Origin: Promethearchaeota archaeon Loki_b31
GTDB lineage: Archaea > Asgardarchaeota > Lokiarchaeia > Sigyniarchaeales > SOKP01
Reading direction: 5' to 3'
DNA length: 64,000 nt
Assembly (NCBI GenBank): GCA_005222975.1
Contig: NJBI01000001.1
Span: 91,531-155,530, forward strand
Position numbers and translations under genes: made by a program. Numbering within the stretch: the first letter of the stretch is position 1; every line of letters begins with the position of its first letter. Of the stretch, positions 1-9,681 are shown piece after piece. Under the pieces are notes generated by a model. It ran no database searches. It had not been told where the DNA came from and saw only the letters and a list, made by a program, of their open reading frames with translations.

Positions 1-1318
1 CAACGTAATTCCACATGAATCTTCTTATTTCATCCCAATTTTGTGTTATTATAACCGCTTCTGTAGAGGGTACGGCATGACCGGGTTCCCACTGCTTAAA
101 TTCTTTAACTTTTAAATCAGAAATTTGTTCAGCTAAAGAATTAGCACACTCATGGGCACCTACTAAACCTTCAAGTAAGGAATTACTTGCTAATCGATTC
201 GCACCATGAAGTCCAGTACACGCAGATTCACCGATGACGTATAGATTCTTAACTTCAGTCTTCCCGTTAATTCCTGCCAGAACCCCTCCACAACAATAAT
301 GGGCCGCGGGAACAACGGGTATAGGTTCATTAGTAATATCAATATTGAACTTTAAACATGATTCATAAACTCCTGGAAAATGACTTTTTATAAATTTTGG
401 AGATTTATAAGATGCTATATCTAAATGGATGTAATCGTCCCCAGTTTTTTTGAGTTCTGCATCAATAGCTCTCGAAACGACATCACGGGGGGCTAAACCT
501 TTTGAGGAATGGTAATTATGCATAAACTCATTTCCTCTAACATCTTTTAAAACAGCACCCTCGCCTCGCATTGCTTCTGTAATTAAGAAAGACTTCGCAT
601 ACGGATGATATAAACAAGTAGGGTGGAATTGATAAAATTCCATGTTTGAAATTGTTGCACCAGCACGATACGCCATTGCTATCCCATCGCCAGAAGCGAT
701 ATCTGGGTTTGTTGTATACAAATATATTTTGCCAGCGCCACCAGTTGCTAATATTGTAGCTTTAGCAGCAACATTATGAATCTTTTCGCTTTTTTGGTCT
801 AAAATATAAGCCCCATAACATTGAAAATTTCTAGCAAATAAATTAATAGCGCACCAATGTTCCTTTATTTCTACATTTTCTATCTTTTTTATACTTTCAA
901 TAAGTTTTTGTTCAACATTCTGTCCCGTTTGGTCGTTTACATGCAGAATTCTTCTTTCTGAGTGTCCACCTTCTTTTCCAAGATCGTAATCTCCATTCTC
1001 ATTTCTAGTAAATTCAACGCCCAACTCAATTAATTCCTTTATCCTTTCTGGTGCTTGCGTTAAGATATTCCTTACCACATTCTCGTTACAAAGACCATCT
1101 CCAGCAATTAAAGTGTCTTGAATATGTTTCTCAAAACTATCGTTATTATTCCAAACGCATGCAATGCCACCTTGTGCGTAAAAAGTGCTGCATTCTGCTA
1201 AATACTCTTTAGTAATCAGTAATATCTTTTCGTCTGGGGTTAATTTTGCTAATTTTAATGCCAATGATAATCCCGAGATACCCCCTCCGATAATAAGAAA
1301 ATCTATTTTTCGGTTCAA
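1..1318 (-). CDS. nadB: L-aspartate oxidase, 3' end beyond window edge; missing from ORF track
   Basis: Manual translation from TTG at 1318: MNRKIDFLIIGGGISGLSLALKL...STFYAQGGIACV...HIQDTLIAGDGL, later EGGHSERRILH, LATGGAG, QFHPT, LITEAMRGEGA, AAHYCCGG, GLHGANRLASNSLLEG. Confidence 0.93.
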   Translation of the reverse strand, partial: MNRKIDFLIIGGGISGLSLALKLAKLTPDEKILLITKEYLAECSTFYAQGGIACVWNNNDSFEKHIQDTLIAGDGLCNENVVRNILTQAPERIKELIELGVEFTRNENGDYDLGKEGGHSERRILHVNDQTGQNVEQKLIESIKKIENVEIKEHWCAINLFARNFQCYGAYILDQKSEKIHNVAAKATILATGGAGKIYLYTTNPDIASGDGIAMAYRAGATISNMEFYQFHPTCLYHPYAKSFLITEAMRGEGAVLKDVRGNEFMHNYHSSKGLAPRDVVSRAIDAELKKTGDDYIHLDIASYKSPKFIKSHFPGVYESCLKFNIDITNEPIPVVPAAHYCCGGVLAGINGKTEVKNLYVIGESACTGLHGANRLASNSLLEGLVGAHECANSLAEQISDLKVKEFKQWEPGHAVPSTEAVIITQNWDEIRRFMWNYV

Positions 1319-1629
1319 AAGAATCTATCGTCTTTTTAAATTGTTTAATTTTTTTTTAAGAAACTAATAATTAAAGTAAATTTTTAATCATTTTTAATTA
1401 ATTGGAATGGTGTGTGAGAAGATTTATTGTTTTTAGAATTTATATTCCTAATTTTTTTATTATTTCATTGATTTTTTCTTGAATAAGATTTGTGTTCTGT
1501 TTTGTTATATAATTAGATAATAACTTTTTTTTAATTGCTTACGTTTTTATATCTAATTACTCCGCCAATTTAGAACCGTTTAAATTGTTAATGGGTTTAA
1601 AGAAATTAATCTATTCATTATATGAAAAT

Positions 1630-2133
1630 ATGCCAAAAATAAAACATGTACTGTTCTTATGTAGTGGGAACACCTGTAGAAGTCCATTTGCTGAATATTT
1701 TTCAAAATGGCTCCAAAAGAATGAGGATTCTAATGAATTAAAAGATATAGAATTTGATTCGGCAGGACTTTTCCACTATTATGAGCAACCTCAAGAAGGC
1801 ACATTAAAATATCTTAATTCTAAAGGTGTTGAAATGGACGATTTTCAAGCCAAGGATCTCGATGAAGAATTGATAATCAAACAAGACCTTATTCTATGTT
1901 TCGAAGAGAAATACCATGTTCGAAAATTAAAGAGAAAATTCAAGCATTTAAAGGATCTGGATGAAAAGGTTTTTTTACTATTAGAATTTGCAGGTGATAC
2001 TGAAAATCTAGAAATAGAAGATCCTTTCTATTTAGAGGAAAATGAATATAATAAAGTTCTTAAAAGAATTGAAGATGGAATAATTAAATCTATTGAAAAG
2101 ATTATCAAAATTAATAATTCTGAAGAATATTGA
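1630..2133 (+). CDS. Low-molecular-weight phosphatase family protein (paralog 1)
   Basis: P-loop CSGNTCRS, DSAG, and acid loop EDPFY. ATG at 1630 preferred over the TTG at 1585. Confidence 0.9.
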   Translation: MPKIKHVLFLCSGNTCRSPFAEYFSKWLQKNEDSNELKDIEFDSAGLFHYYEQPQEGTLKYLNSKGVEMDDFQAKDLDEELIIKQDLILCFEEKYHVRKLKRKFKHLKDLDEKVFLLLEFAGDTENLEIEDPFYLEENEYNKVLKRIEDGIIKSIEKIIKINNSEEY

Positions 2134-2250
2134 AATCAAGAAAAAAAAAGAAAATAAAAAATAATTTTTCTTTAAGGAAATCAATTTATTATGTTTTAAT
2201 ATTCGCTCTCTATAACAGAATCCTTAAAATAATTAGATTTCAATTATAAA

Positions 2251-3897
2251 TTACTTAAAAAAAAATCCATATTTCTGACTGAAATATTTATCAATAAGAT
2301 ATTTTGTTGAATCAAAAGGACTAACATCTCCTAAAAAATTTTTAAGATATTTCCCGAATTTTATTTCAAAATCTTTTGAAAACTCATCAAGTTTCTTTAA
2401 TAACACTGGTAAATCCATGTTTGAAATTAAGCAGACAACATGGTATTTTCCAAAAGAAAATAGAAGATGGTAGCCCTCCTTGTCAATTTTTCTTAACTGT
2501 TTTTTGCTTTGAGTTATTTCAGAAATGATTGCTACGACACCTGTCAATGCTCCAGAAATAATATCTTCATCCATCTCATTCTTCTTCTCTTTTTCTTCCC
2601 CTTGGGGCTTTTTCTCAAAATTATGATAGTAAAGCCCAACTCCATGAACACTAAAAATATAAAGATTTATCATTGCTGATGACCAATTCTTTTCTTTAGA
2701 TATTAAAAATTCTTTCATTGCCATCATCCAAACAAGAAGAATAACTATAACAAACCCATTTAAGAGATTTGGAAAATTGGGGATGAAATTATCTAATTCT
2801 GGATAAAGTGTATACAAACCATTTATCCATCTACTAAATGTAAATCCAATAGCAATTCCCAAAAACATTAAAGCTAAAAAAAGACCATTAATACGACCTC
2901 TATATTTTAAGTTTCCTCTTTCTGTTGAAAAATCTCCAGATATAGTTTGGATTGCTAGTATAAGGGGTAGTAATGAAAATCCATAATGAATTGAAAGAAA
3001 AATTTTTCTTGGCATTCCAAATATGATAGGAGCATCTATATAAGAACCATAAGATATAAGAAAAAACGATAGAAGTAAAATACCTAATATTATTGAAGTT
3101 TTACGACCGATATTATCTAAAAAACAACCCGCTGCAATGAGATATATTGTAGATGCCAAAAAAAAAACAAAGAAGTCTACATCAAAACTATATCGAGCTA
3201 GTAAATCCCCTAAAATAAAGCCTAATATTGTGAAACTTGATGAATATCGAAAAAATTGCTTTTCAAAAATAATCTTAAAAAATTTCTTATCAGATTTGAG
3301 CCTCTCTTCAGTTTCTATATATTTATATTTTCTAGAACACCAAAAAATTATTAATAAAAGTATTAATACTAAAATAAAAAAATAATTGTACAAAAATTCA
3401 AAAGATACAAAAATAAAACTAAACCAACCTAAAAGGGAACATGAAGCTAGAAGAAAAGCAGTTATCCTTCCCCTATTTAAAAGATTAGTTTCATGAACTA
3501 ATGTTGTAAACCATAATGTTATTAATTGAGGAACTGTCATTAATACGATTAATAAACCTATATAATATAAAATAACTTCAGAAAAAGCACTAAAAAAAAT
3601 TCCTATTATACAAAAAAGCAAAACTAAATTAAAATGTCTTGTTCTATTCTTTATTTTATCAACAAGTATAACTGAGGTAAGGAAACTAATAGCAAGTATA
3701 AATAATATTACACCTATTTCAATATTTATAACTGAAACCATTTCCGTTAAAACAACATATTTGTATAAAAAAGCCTCAATAACTAAGAAAATTGCTAAAA
3801 GAGAGAAAAATAAATAAACTAATGAGTTTTTTGACAAGTCGATATCTCTAGCAAATACTCTTACAAACCAATTTTTGAGGGATTCCTTTTTCATCAA
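2251..3897 (-). CDS. MFS-like polytopic membrane protein fused to a C-terminal longin-like domain
   Basis: About 12 hydrophobic segments and an MFS motif-A-like DNIGRK. Soluble C-terminus LYIFSVHGVGLYYHNF...IISGALTGV...FLGDVSPF resembles the standalone longin-like ORF at 10227-10673. Confidence 0.7.
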   Translation of the reverse strand: MMKKESLKNWFVRVFARDIDLSKNSLVYLFFSLLAIFLVIEAFLYKYVVLTEMVSVINIEIGVILFILAISFLTSVILVDKIKNRTRHFNLVLLFCIIGIFFSAFSEVILYYIGLLIVLMTVPQLITLWFTTLVHETNLLNRGRITAFLLASCSLLGWFSFIFVSFEFLYNYFFILVLILLLIIFWCSRKYKYIETEERLKSDKKFFKIIFEKQFFRYSSSFTILGFILGDLLARYSFDVDFFVFFLASTIYLIAAGCFLDNIGRKTSIILGILLLSFFLISYGSYIDAPIIFGMPRKIFLSIHYGFSLLPLILAIQTISGDFSTERGNLKYRGRINGLFLALMFLGIAIGFTFSRWINGLYTLYPELDNFIPNFPNLLNGFVIVILLVWMMAMKEFLISKEKNWSSAMINLYIFSVHGVGLYYHNFEKKPQGEEKEKKNEMDEDIISGALTGVVAIISEITQSKKQLRKIDKEGYHLLFSFGKYHVVCLISNMDLPVLLKKLDEFSKDFEIKFGKYLKNFLGDVSPFDSTKYLIDKYFSQKYGFFFK

Positions 3898-4163
3898 TAT
3901 CTTTAAAATTCTTTTTGATTTAAAACTAATGTAAGTTACATTTTAATTTAATGTTTTAATGTAATGTTTTATCTTAAAATTTCTCTATAATAATTTCACT
4001 CTCTTCAATATAATCTTTATTTATGATATTATAATATTTAAATTCTTTATATGCAATATTTTAAAAATTTTTTTTAATAGATTAGACACATACAGAGATC
4101 TTCATATAATTATTAATGAAGGTAAGTTTATTTTTTCCAATTTATTTAAATACTTGAACATTA

Positions 4164-4649
4164 ATGAGCAAAATCAAAAAAATTCTTCTCGTTTGTTTAG
4201 GAAACACAGCAAGAAGTCCCGCAGCGGAATACTTAGCTAAATTTTATGCAAAAAAATACAAATCTGATTTAAGGTTTGAGAGTGCTGGTTTTATAAATGC
4301 ATTTTCATATATGCAACCTGAATCTCAAGAATATTTAAATTCAAAGGGCATTAAACATTCTGATTTTCGACCGCAAATAATCAATCGTAAACTACTTGAA
4401 AGGCAAGACTTAATTATTACAATGGAAAAGTCACATGTTACCGATATTAGAGAAAATTATCAAGGGGTTAACGACATCAGTAAAAAATTGTTTACTTTAA
4501 AAGAATTTAACGGAGAAACTGATGATTTAAATATAATAGATCCATATTACGCCAGTACTAAGACTTACCAGAAAGTTCTTAAAATAATTGATGAAAATAT
4601 CGAAAAAATGATTAAAAAAATAATTCGGATAAATAAAACCGAACTCTAA
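4164..4649 (+). CDS. Low-molecular-weight phosphatase family protein (paralog 2)
   Basis: CLGNTARS, ESAG, IIDPYY. Confidence 0.9.
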   Translation: MSKIKKILLVCLGNTARSPAAEYLAKFYAKKYKSDLRFESAGFINAFSYMQPESQEYLNSKGIKHSDFRPQIINRKLLERQDLIITMEKSHVTDIRENYQGVNDISKKLFTLKEFNGETDDLNIIDPYYASTKTYQKVLKIIDENIEKMIKKIIRINKTEL

Positions 4650-4668
4650 CTACTTAGTAAGAGCAAAA

Positions 4669-5154
4669 ATGACGAAAATAAAGCGAGTTCTGTTCATATG
4701 TTACGCAAACACATGTCGTTCGCCAGCAGCACAACATCTGGCGAACTTTTACGGTAAAAAATATGAGCTAAAAGGAGTTGTCTTCGATTCCGCGGGATGG
4801 CACAATGCTTTTGATTACGCTCAACCAGAAACAATAGATTATATACAATCAAAAGGTATTAAAATAAGTGATTTTCAACCTAAAGTCATAACAAGAGAAT
4901 TGATAGAAAAACAAGATCTTATAATAGGTATGGAACGATATCATTTAACAAAAGTTAAAAAAAGATTTAGAGATTTACAAGAACAATTAAAACAAAAATT
5001 ATATACTTTGAAAGAATTTAATGGGGCAGATAAAAAGGATTTAAACGTTCCAGATCCTTATAAAACGGAGAAAAAACGATACGATGAAATATTAGAAATC
5101 GTCGAAAAAAACGTAAAGGCGCTCGTTAAGAAAGTTAAACGCATAAACCAATAA
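4669..5154 (+). CDS. Low-molecular-weight phosphatase family protein (paralog 3)
   Basis: CYANTCRS, DSAG, VPDPYK; tandem with paralog 2. Confidence 0.9.
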   Translation: MTKIKRVLFICYANTCRSPAAQHLANFYGKKYELKGVVFDSAGWHNAFDYAQPETIDYIQSKGIKISDFQPKVITRELIEKQDLIIGMERYHLTKVKKRFRDLQEQLKQKLYTLKEFNGADKKDLNVPDPYKTEKKRYDEILEIVEKNVKALVKKVKRINQ

Positions 5155-5290
5155 GCTAAACTTGTTTAGACTGTTTATAAATACTTACATTTTTGTAAAG
5201 TCTTTCGCAATCAACCTATATAAATTAAAGATAATATTAAAAATAACTTATACTATTAGAAAAATTATATAAGAATATTAAAAAGTTTTA

Positions 5291-5842
5291 ATGAATCAAT
5301 TAACGATCAATAACACGGTTATAGAAATTTTTGTCGGCGATATTATTAATGCTGACTACGATGCAATTGCCATTCCTACAAATAGTCGGCTTTTGCCTAG
5401 TGGTACCTTAAGATGTCGAGTATTAAAAGGGGCGGGTCATAAAGTACACGTAGAATGTAATCGTATTATTAGTAAGATATCAAATGTTCCAATTGGGGAT
5501 GCTGTAATTACTTCTGGCGGCAAATTAAATGCTAAATTTATTTTCCATGTAAGAGCAGGTCACGATCAAAAAAAATTGATGTTAGCGATCTGGAATTCGC
5601 TGAGATTAGCCGATAAAGAAGGGATACATTCAATCGCTTATCCTCCAATATCGAAAGAAGTAATCGGATTCAACGCAAAGATCTGTGCGGGTATAATTAT
5701 TCCAACGATTAAGAAATTCGTTTTAGAAAGAAACAACAATTTGAGAAATGTATCAGTTTGTCTTGAATCATTACCTGATTATAAGGATTTTGAAAATACA
5801 TTAAATAATATAGCTGAATTTCCCAATATTATAATATATTAG
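5291..5842 (+). CDS. Macro domain (ADP-ribose-binding fold) protein with a divergent active site
   Basis: GDI..ADYDAIAIPTN, GDAVITSGGKLNAKFIFH, SIAYPPIS. Confidence 0.85.
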   Translation: MNQLTINNTVIEIFVGDIINADYDAIAIPTNSRLLPSGTLRCRVLKGAGHKVHVECNRIISKISNVPIGDAVITSGGKLNAKFIFHVRAGHDQKKLMLAIWNSLRLADKEGIHSIAYPPISKEVIGFNAKICAGIIIPTIKKFVLERNNNLRNVSVCLESLPDYKDFENTLNNIAEFPNIIIY

Positions 5843-6010
5843 TATTTTGTTCTTTAAATAAAACATTTATTAGAAAAATGTAACTTTATAAAACCACACT
5901 TAATCTTATAATTGAAATTAAATCTTTATTTAGTTTCATGTTTAAATTATTAATTAAGATTATTAACGAATAAAATTAATATCATAGATTTAGATTTAGG
6001 GGATTACCTT

Positions 6011-6571
6011 TTGGAAATAGATGAAATAAATGAAGATATTTTAAATGATATAAATAAAAATATTCAAAATGATAGTTCTAACATTAAATCATTAAAAGGG
6101 TTTGAAATAATTTGTGAATCAATGGTTTATAAAATCCTTGATATTTTCGGTAAAAATAGTTTGCTTTCAATGTTGTATCAGACAGGATCAGGACCGGGAG
6201 AAGTAATTGCTAAAAGGATAAAAGAAAAGCATAACAAGGAGGAATTTGGAATTTTTGAAGCTTTAGAAATCTTAATGACCGAATTGAAAGATTTTTATTC
6301 AATACAAATTAGAGAAGTTCAATTAAATTCAGATCAAACTAGAATAATAATAGAAAATTTTTGCTTTTTAAGAGAGCCAAGTAAACGCAGAGAAAAACTG
6401 CAACCCGGGAAAGCGTTTTGCCGAGTCAATAAAGGTTATTTTGAAACGGCCTTTCGAAAATTATTAGGAAATAAAGTTAAAAAAATAGAGATCAACTTTC
6501 TCCACGACGATCCTGAAAAAAATGTGTGTGTAGAAGAAATGATTTTTTATCATAACTCTGATAAAGTATGA
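6011..6571 (+). CDS. V4R / TRAPP-Bet3-like fold protein
   Basis: LYQTG..PG helix, IIIENFCF, FCRVNKGYFETAF and a terminal CVEEM give V4R-like Cys spacing. Confidence 0.6.
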   Translation: MEIDEINEDILNDINKNIQNDSSNIKSLKGFEIICESMVYKILDIFGKNSLLSMLYQTGSGPGEVIAKRIKEKHNKEEFGIFEALEILMTELKDFYSIQIREVQLNSDQTRIIIENFCFLREPSKRREKLQPGKAFCRVNKGYFETAFRKLLGNKVKKIEINFLHDDPEKNVCVEEMIFYHNSDKV

Positions 6572-6590
6572 TGGAATTACAATTTCTCTT

Positions 6591-6695
6591 TCAACCTCTG
6601 ATTGACAAATTCCTAGTTATGTCTCTACTTGTTTCGGGATCAATTACTCGCTGAATTATAATCTCATCAATAGTTCTCTCTTCCTTCTCTTTCAT
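6591..6695 (-). pseudogene. 34-aa ORF, possible DUF59/SufT-like N-terminal fragment
   Basis: Manual translation MKEKEERTIDEIIIQRVIDPETSRDITRNLSIRG*. VIDPE..DI resembles the DUF59 motif. Confidence 0.3.
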
Positions 6696-6878
6696 AAGAT
6701 CATTAATTTTTTTTAAATTAAAGATTAATTATATTCTTATTGATCATTTATTTGTACTTTTTGAAAAACAAAATGTCAAAAGTTAAAAAAAAAATCGAAT
6801 TAATTTACATATTACAATCTGTTTATGAAAAATATTAAAATAAGAATATAATTAAAAATATAAGGTTGAAAAACAAAA

Positions 6879-8054
6879 ATGGTTGATGTTAAAAACATTG
6901 TTATTATTGGTGCTGGTCTAATGGGCCATAATGCCGGTCAAATCTGTTTAATGGCTGGTTATAATGTAACATTAGTCGATATTAAAGATGAATTCGTTGA
7001 TAATGGAGTTGCTAAAATAGATGAAGGGTTAAAAAAACTTGAAGCCAAAGGAAAGTTAGGTGAGGGTGTTTCTTCCGCTGATCTCATGGGAAAATTAAAA
7101 AAATCTACAGATACGGCAAGTGCAGTAAAAGACGCTGATTTTGTATTGGAAGCAGTTGTTGAATTAATGGATGTCAAAAAACAAGTTTTTAAAACTTGCG
7201 ACGAAAACGCACCGGCTCATTGTATCTTAGCCACAAATACTTCTACGATGAGCATTACTGAAATTGCTTCGGCAACAAACAGACCAGATAAAGTAATTGG
7301 TATGCACTTCTTTAATCCACCGATACTCATGAGATTAATTGAGATAATAGCAGGTGAAAAAAGTTCTGATGAGGCAATGGATATAGGTGTTCAAATCGGT
7401 CAATCTTTACCTTGTTTAAGAGGGAAGAGATTTGTTCCTAAAGTATTGAAGGATAGACCTGGATTTATAGTTAACAGAATGAATGCACCAGTACAAATTT
7501 ATATAAATTGGATATTCGATCAAGCAGCTGAGAAAGGAATTCCATGGGGTCAAATTGATGGTGATGCAGGATCTTTGATGCCAATGGGACCGTGTGAACT
7601 ATCGGATTACGTAGGAATCGATACTATGTTTCATGTGGGTAATTATTACACAGAAACATTATCTCCTAATTTTAAGCCCGGAAAAGTTATTACCAAGATG
7701 GTTGAAGACAAGAAGCTTGGACGCAAAACAGCTCAAGGTTTTTATGATTGGTCTAAAGGAAGACCAAAAATCGATAAATCTCAAAAAGCAGGTCTATTTA
7801 GCGTTGAAACTTCAATGGCAATTATGTTAAACGAAGGTTGCCGTCTATTAGAAGAGAAAGTCGTAACAGGCTTCAAGGTAATTGACGAAGCAAATATGGC
7901 AGGAATGAACACACCTGGACCCTTTGCTGCTGGTAAAAAGCAATTTGAGAAATGGGCTAAGATTTTAGAAGAGTTAGCAGATAAGACTGGTATGGAATAT
8001 CTTAAACCTTGCGAACTGATGAAATCAGGCGGCTTTGTAAGCATGCGAAAATAA
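6879..8054 (+). CDS. 3-hydroxyacyl-CoA dehydrogenase
   Basis: GAGLMG Rossmann motif, EAVVE, ATNTS, GMHFFNP, PGFIVNR, PMGP. Confidence 0.95.
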   Translation: MVDVKNIVIIGAGLMGHNAGQICLMAGYNVTLVDIKDEFVDNGVAKIDEGLKKLEAKGKLGEGVSSADLMGKLKKSTDTASAVKDADFVLEAVVELMDVKKQVFKTCDENAPAHCILATNTSTMSITEIASATNRPDKVIGMHFFNPPILMRLIEIIAGEKSSDEAMDIGVQIGQSLPCLRGKRFVPKVLKDRPGFIVNRMNAPVQIYINWIFDQAAEKGIPWGQIDGDAGSLMPMGPCELSDYVGIDTMFHVGNYYTETLSPNFKPGKVITKMVEDKKLGRKTAQGFYDWSKGRPKIDKSQKAGLFSVETSMAIMLNEGCRLLEEKVVTGFKVIDEANMAGMNTPGPFAAGKKQFEKWAKILEELADKTGMEYLKPCELMKSGGFVSMRK

Positions 8055-8060
8055 TTCTAA

Positions 8061-8085
8061 TCTTTTTTTTATTTTTATTTTTTTG
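8061..8085 (+). terminator. T-rich archaeal-type terminator
   Basis: TCTTTTTTTTATTTTTATTTTTTTG directly after the stop codon. Confidence 0.5.
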
Positions 8086-8088
8086 TAA

Positions 8089-8431
8089 AGATTTAAATTT
8101 TTTGTCGGTATAATAAGAAAGAATAATTTTAAGATATTAAAAAAAACCTAAATGAGGAATAAAAATGATTTTTCAAGAAGAGACTATTTTAGAGCCTATT
8201 TTTACATTTTTATGGTTAAGTGTAATTATTATAATAGTCATTATTTATGTAATAGCAATAGCAATAGCTGTATGGGTTTACAACGATGCTAAGAAAAGAG
8301 ATATGAATGCTGTAGTGTGGTTATTAATTGTGTTATTTACTAGTTGTATCGGATGTATTATATATTTGATAGTTAGAGAATAGTCATGAGAAGATTTTGG
8401 AAGTAAAAGTAGATTTATAATTTTTGTCGGT
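8089..8431 (+). repeat. 21-bp imperfect direct repeats (8089-8109, 8411-8431) flanking a small membrane gene
   Basis: AGATTTAAATTTTTTGTCGGT vs AGATTTATAATTTTTGTCGGT (19/21). Confidence 0.5.
8165..8383 (+). CDS. Small two-TM membrane protein (PLDc N-terminal-like)
   Basis: WVYNDAKKR...W.LIVLF...IG.IIYLIVR. Confidence 0.75.
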   Translation: MIFQEETILEPIFTFLWLSVIIIIVIIYVIAIAIAVWVYNDAKKRDMNAVVWLLIVLFTSCIGCIIYLIVRE

Positions 8432-8632
8432 TTATTAGCTTTTGATTTTCTTTTTTTTCCATTGTATTGTTGGTTTGATAGATTGAATTACTTTTTATAT
8501 ACGTTAAAAATTAGAAAATGAAAAATTTGAAAGTTTTTAATTACTAAAAAAATTACTACTAAATATTCATAAATCAAATTTTAAAAATAATTAAATTAAT
8601 TGAAAATAGGTTATTAAAAGAGGTTATTAAAT

Positions 8633-9583
8633 ATGTCGGAAAATGTATTTGAACATATTAAAATTGAATGGCCCACAAAAACAGACGAACAAGGTCATAT
8701 TATTCGAGAAGGGACAATTGATGGAAATTACGCGGTAATATCAATTAACAGACCAGATCGATTAAATGCTTTAACAAATCAAACAGTTTCAGAACTTGCT
8801 CAAGCTTTACGACTTATGGAAACTGATCCGAGCGTAAGAGCTGTAGTATTACGAGGTACAAAGAATGTAACTAAAAAACCTTCCTTTTCGGTAGGAGCTG
8901 ATTTAGGTGCTGGTTTCGGTAAAGATCTAAAACCAAATATCCCTTGGCATATGGCTTTAGCTATGAGATTACGACATCGTGATTATGATGAATTAGAACA
9001 ATTTAATAAACCCTTAATTGCTGCTGTTGATGGTTTTGCTTTAGGTGGGGGTATCGAATTAGTGCTTACATGCGATATTGTTATTGCTTCTGATAGATCA
9101 ATATTTGGGGTACCTGAAATCAATCGAGGAATTTTTCCTGCTAATGGCGGTATTACCCGCATGGCAGAGAGAGTAGGGCTTAATAGAGCACTCCGCATGG
9201 CTTATTTTGGTGAGCATTTCGAAGCTAAAACGATGCTCGACTGGGGACTTGTCACTTGGATTGCGCCTGCTGGAGAAGAATTTGAAAAACTTGTCCACGA
9301 AAAAGCCAAATGGCTTGGTGATGCTCCAACAACAGCATTATTTGTTATAAAGAAGGGTGTTAAATTTGGAACGCGCTATCCGCAATTAGGCCTTATCATG
9401 GAACAGATGGGTTTTGGAATCAACCAAGTATCCTTTGATGCAAAGGAAGGAATAATGGCTTTTAACAGAAAAGTTAAATGTCCAAATTGCGGCGGAAAAG
9501 GTAAATTTGAAGACGGTACAAAGTGTGACATGTGCGGTGGCAGAAGAAAGATAAAGGATACACCTCATTTTAAAGGAATTTAA
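8633..9583 (+). CDS. Enoyl-CoA hydratase/isomerase with a C-terminal DnaJ-type zinc finger
   Basis: INRPDRLNAL, FSVGADL, KPLIAAVDGFALGGGIEL, GVPEINRG; C-terminal CPNCGGKG...CDMCGG. Confidence 0.92.
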   Translation: MSENVFEHIKIEWPTKTDEQGHIIREGTIDGNYAVISINRPDRLNALTNQTVSELAQALRLMETDPSVRAVVLRGTKNVTKKPSFSVGADLGAGFGKDLKPNIPWHMALAMRLRHRDYDELEQFNKPLIAAVDGFALGGGIELVLTCDIVIASDRSIFGVPEINRGIFPANGGITRMAERVGLNRALRMAYFGEHFEAKTMLDWGLVTWIAPAGEEFEKLVHEKAKWLGDAPTTALFVIKKGVKFGTRYPQLGLIMEQMGFGINQVSFDAKEGIMAFNRKVKCPNCGGKGKFEDGTKCDMCGGRRKIKDTPHFKGI

Positions 9584-9681
9584 ATAACATTTGAATTTTT
9601 TTTTCTTTTTTTCCTTAACAATATTTCTTTTTAATAATATTTTCTATAATTTTTTAAACAATTTTAGTTATAAAATAACTA

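Noticed and set aside
1630-5154. Arsenate reductase (arsC) operon
   Set aside because: No arsR/arsB/acr3 neighbours, and the resolving Cys pair of thioredoxin-coupled ArsC is not evident.
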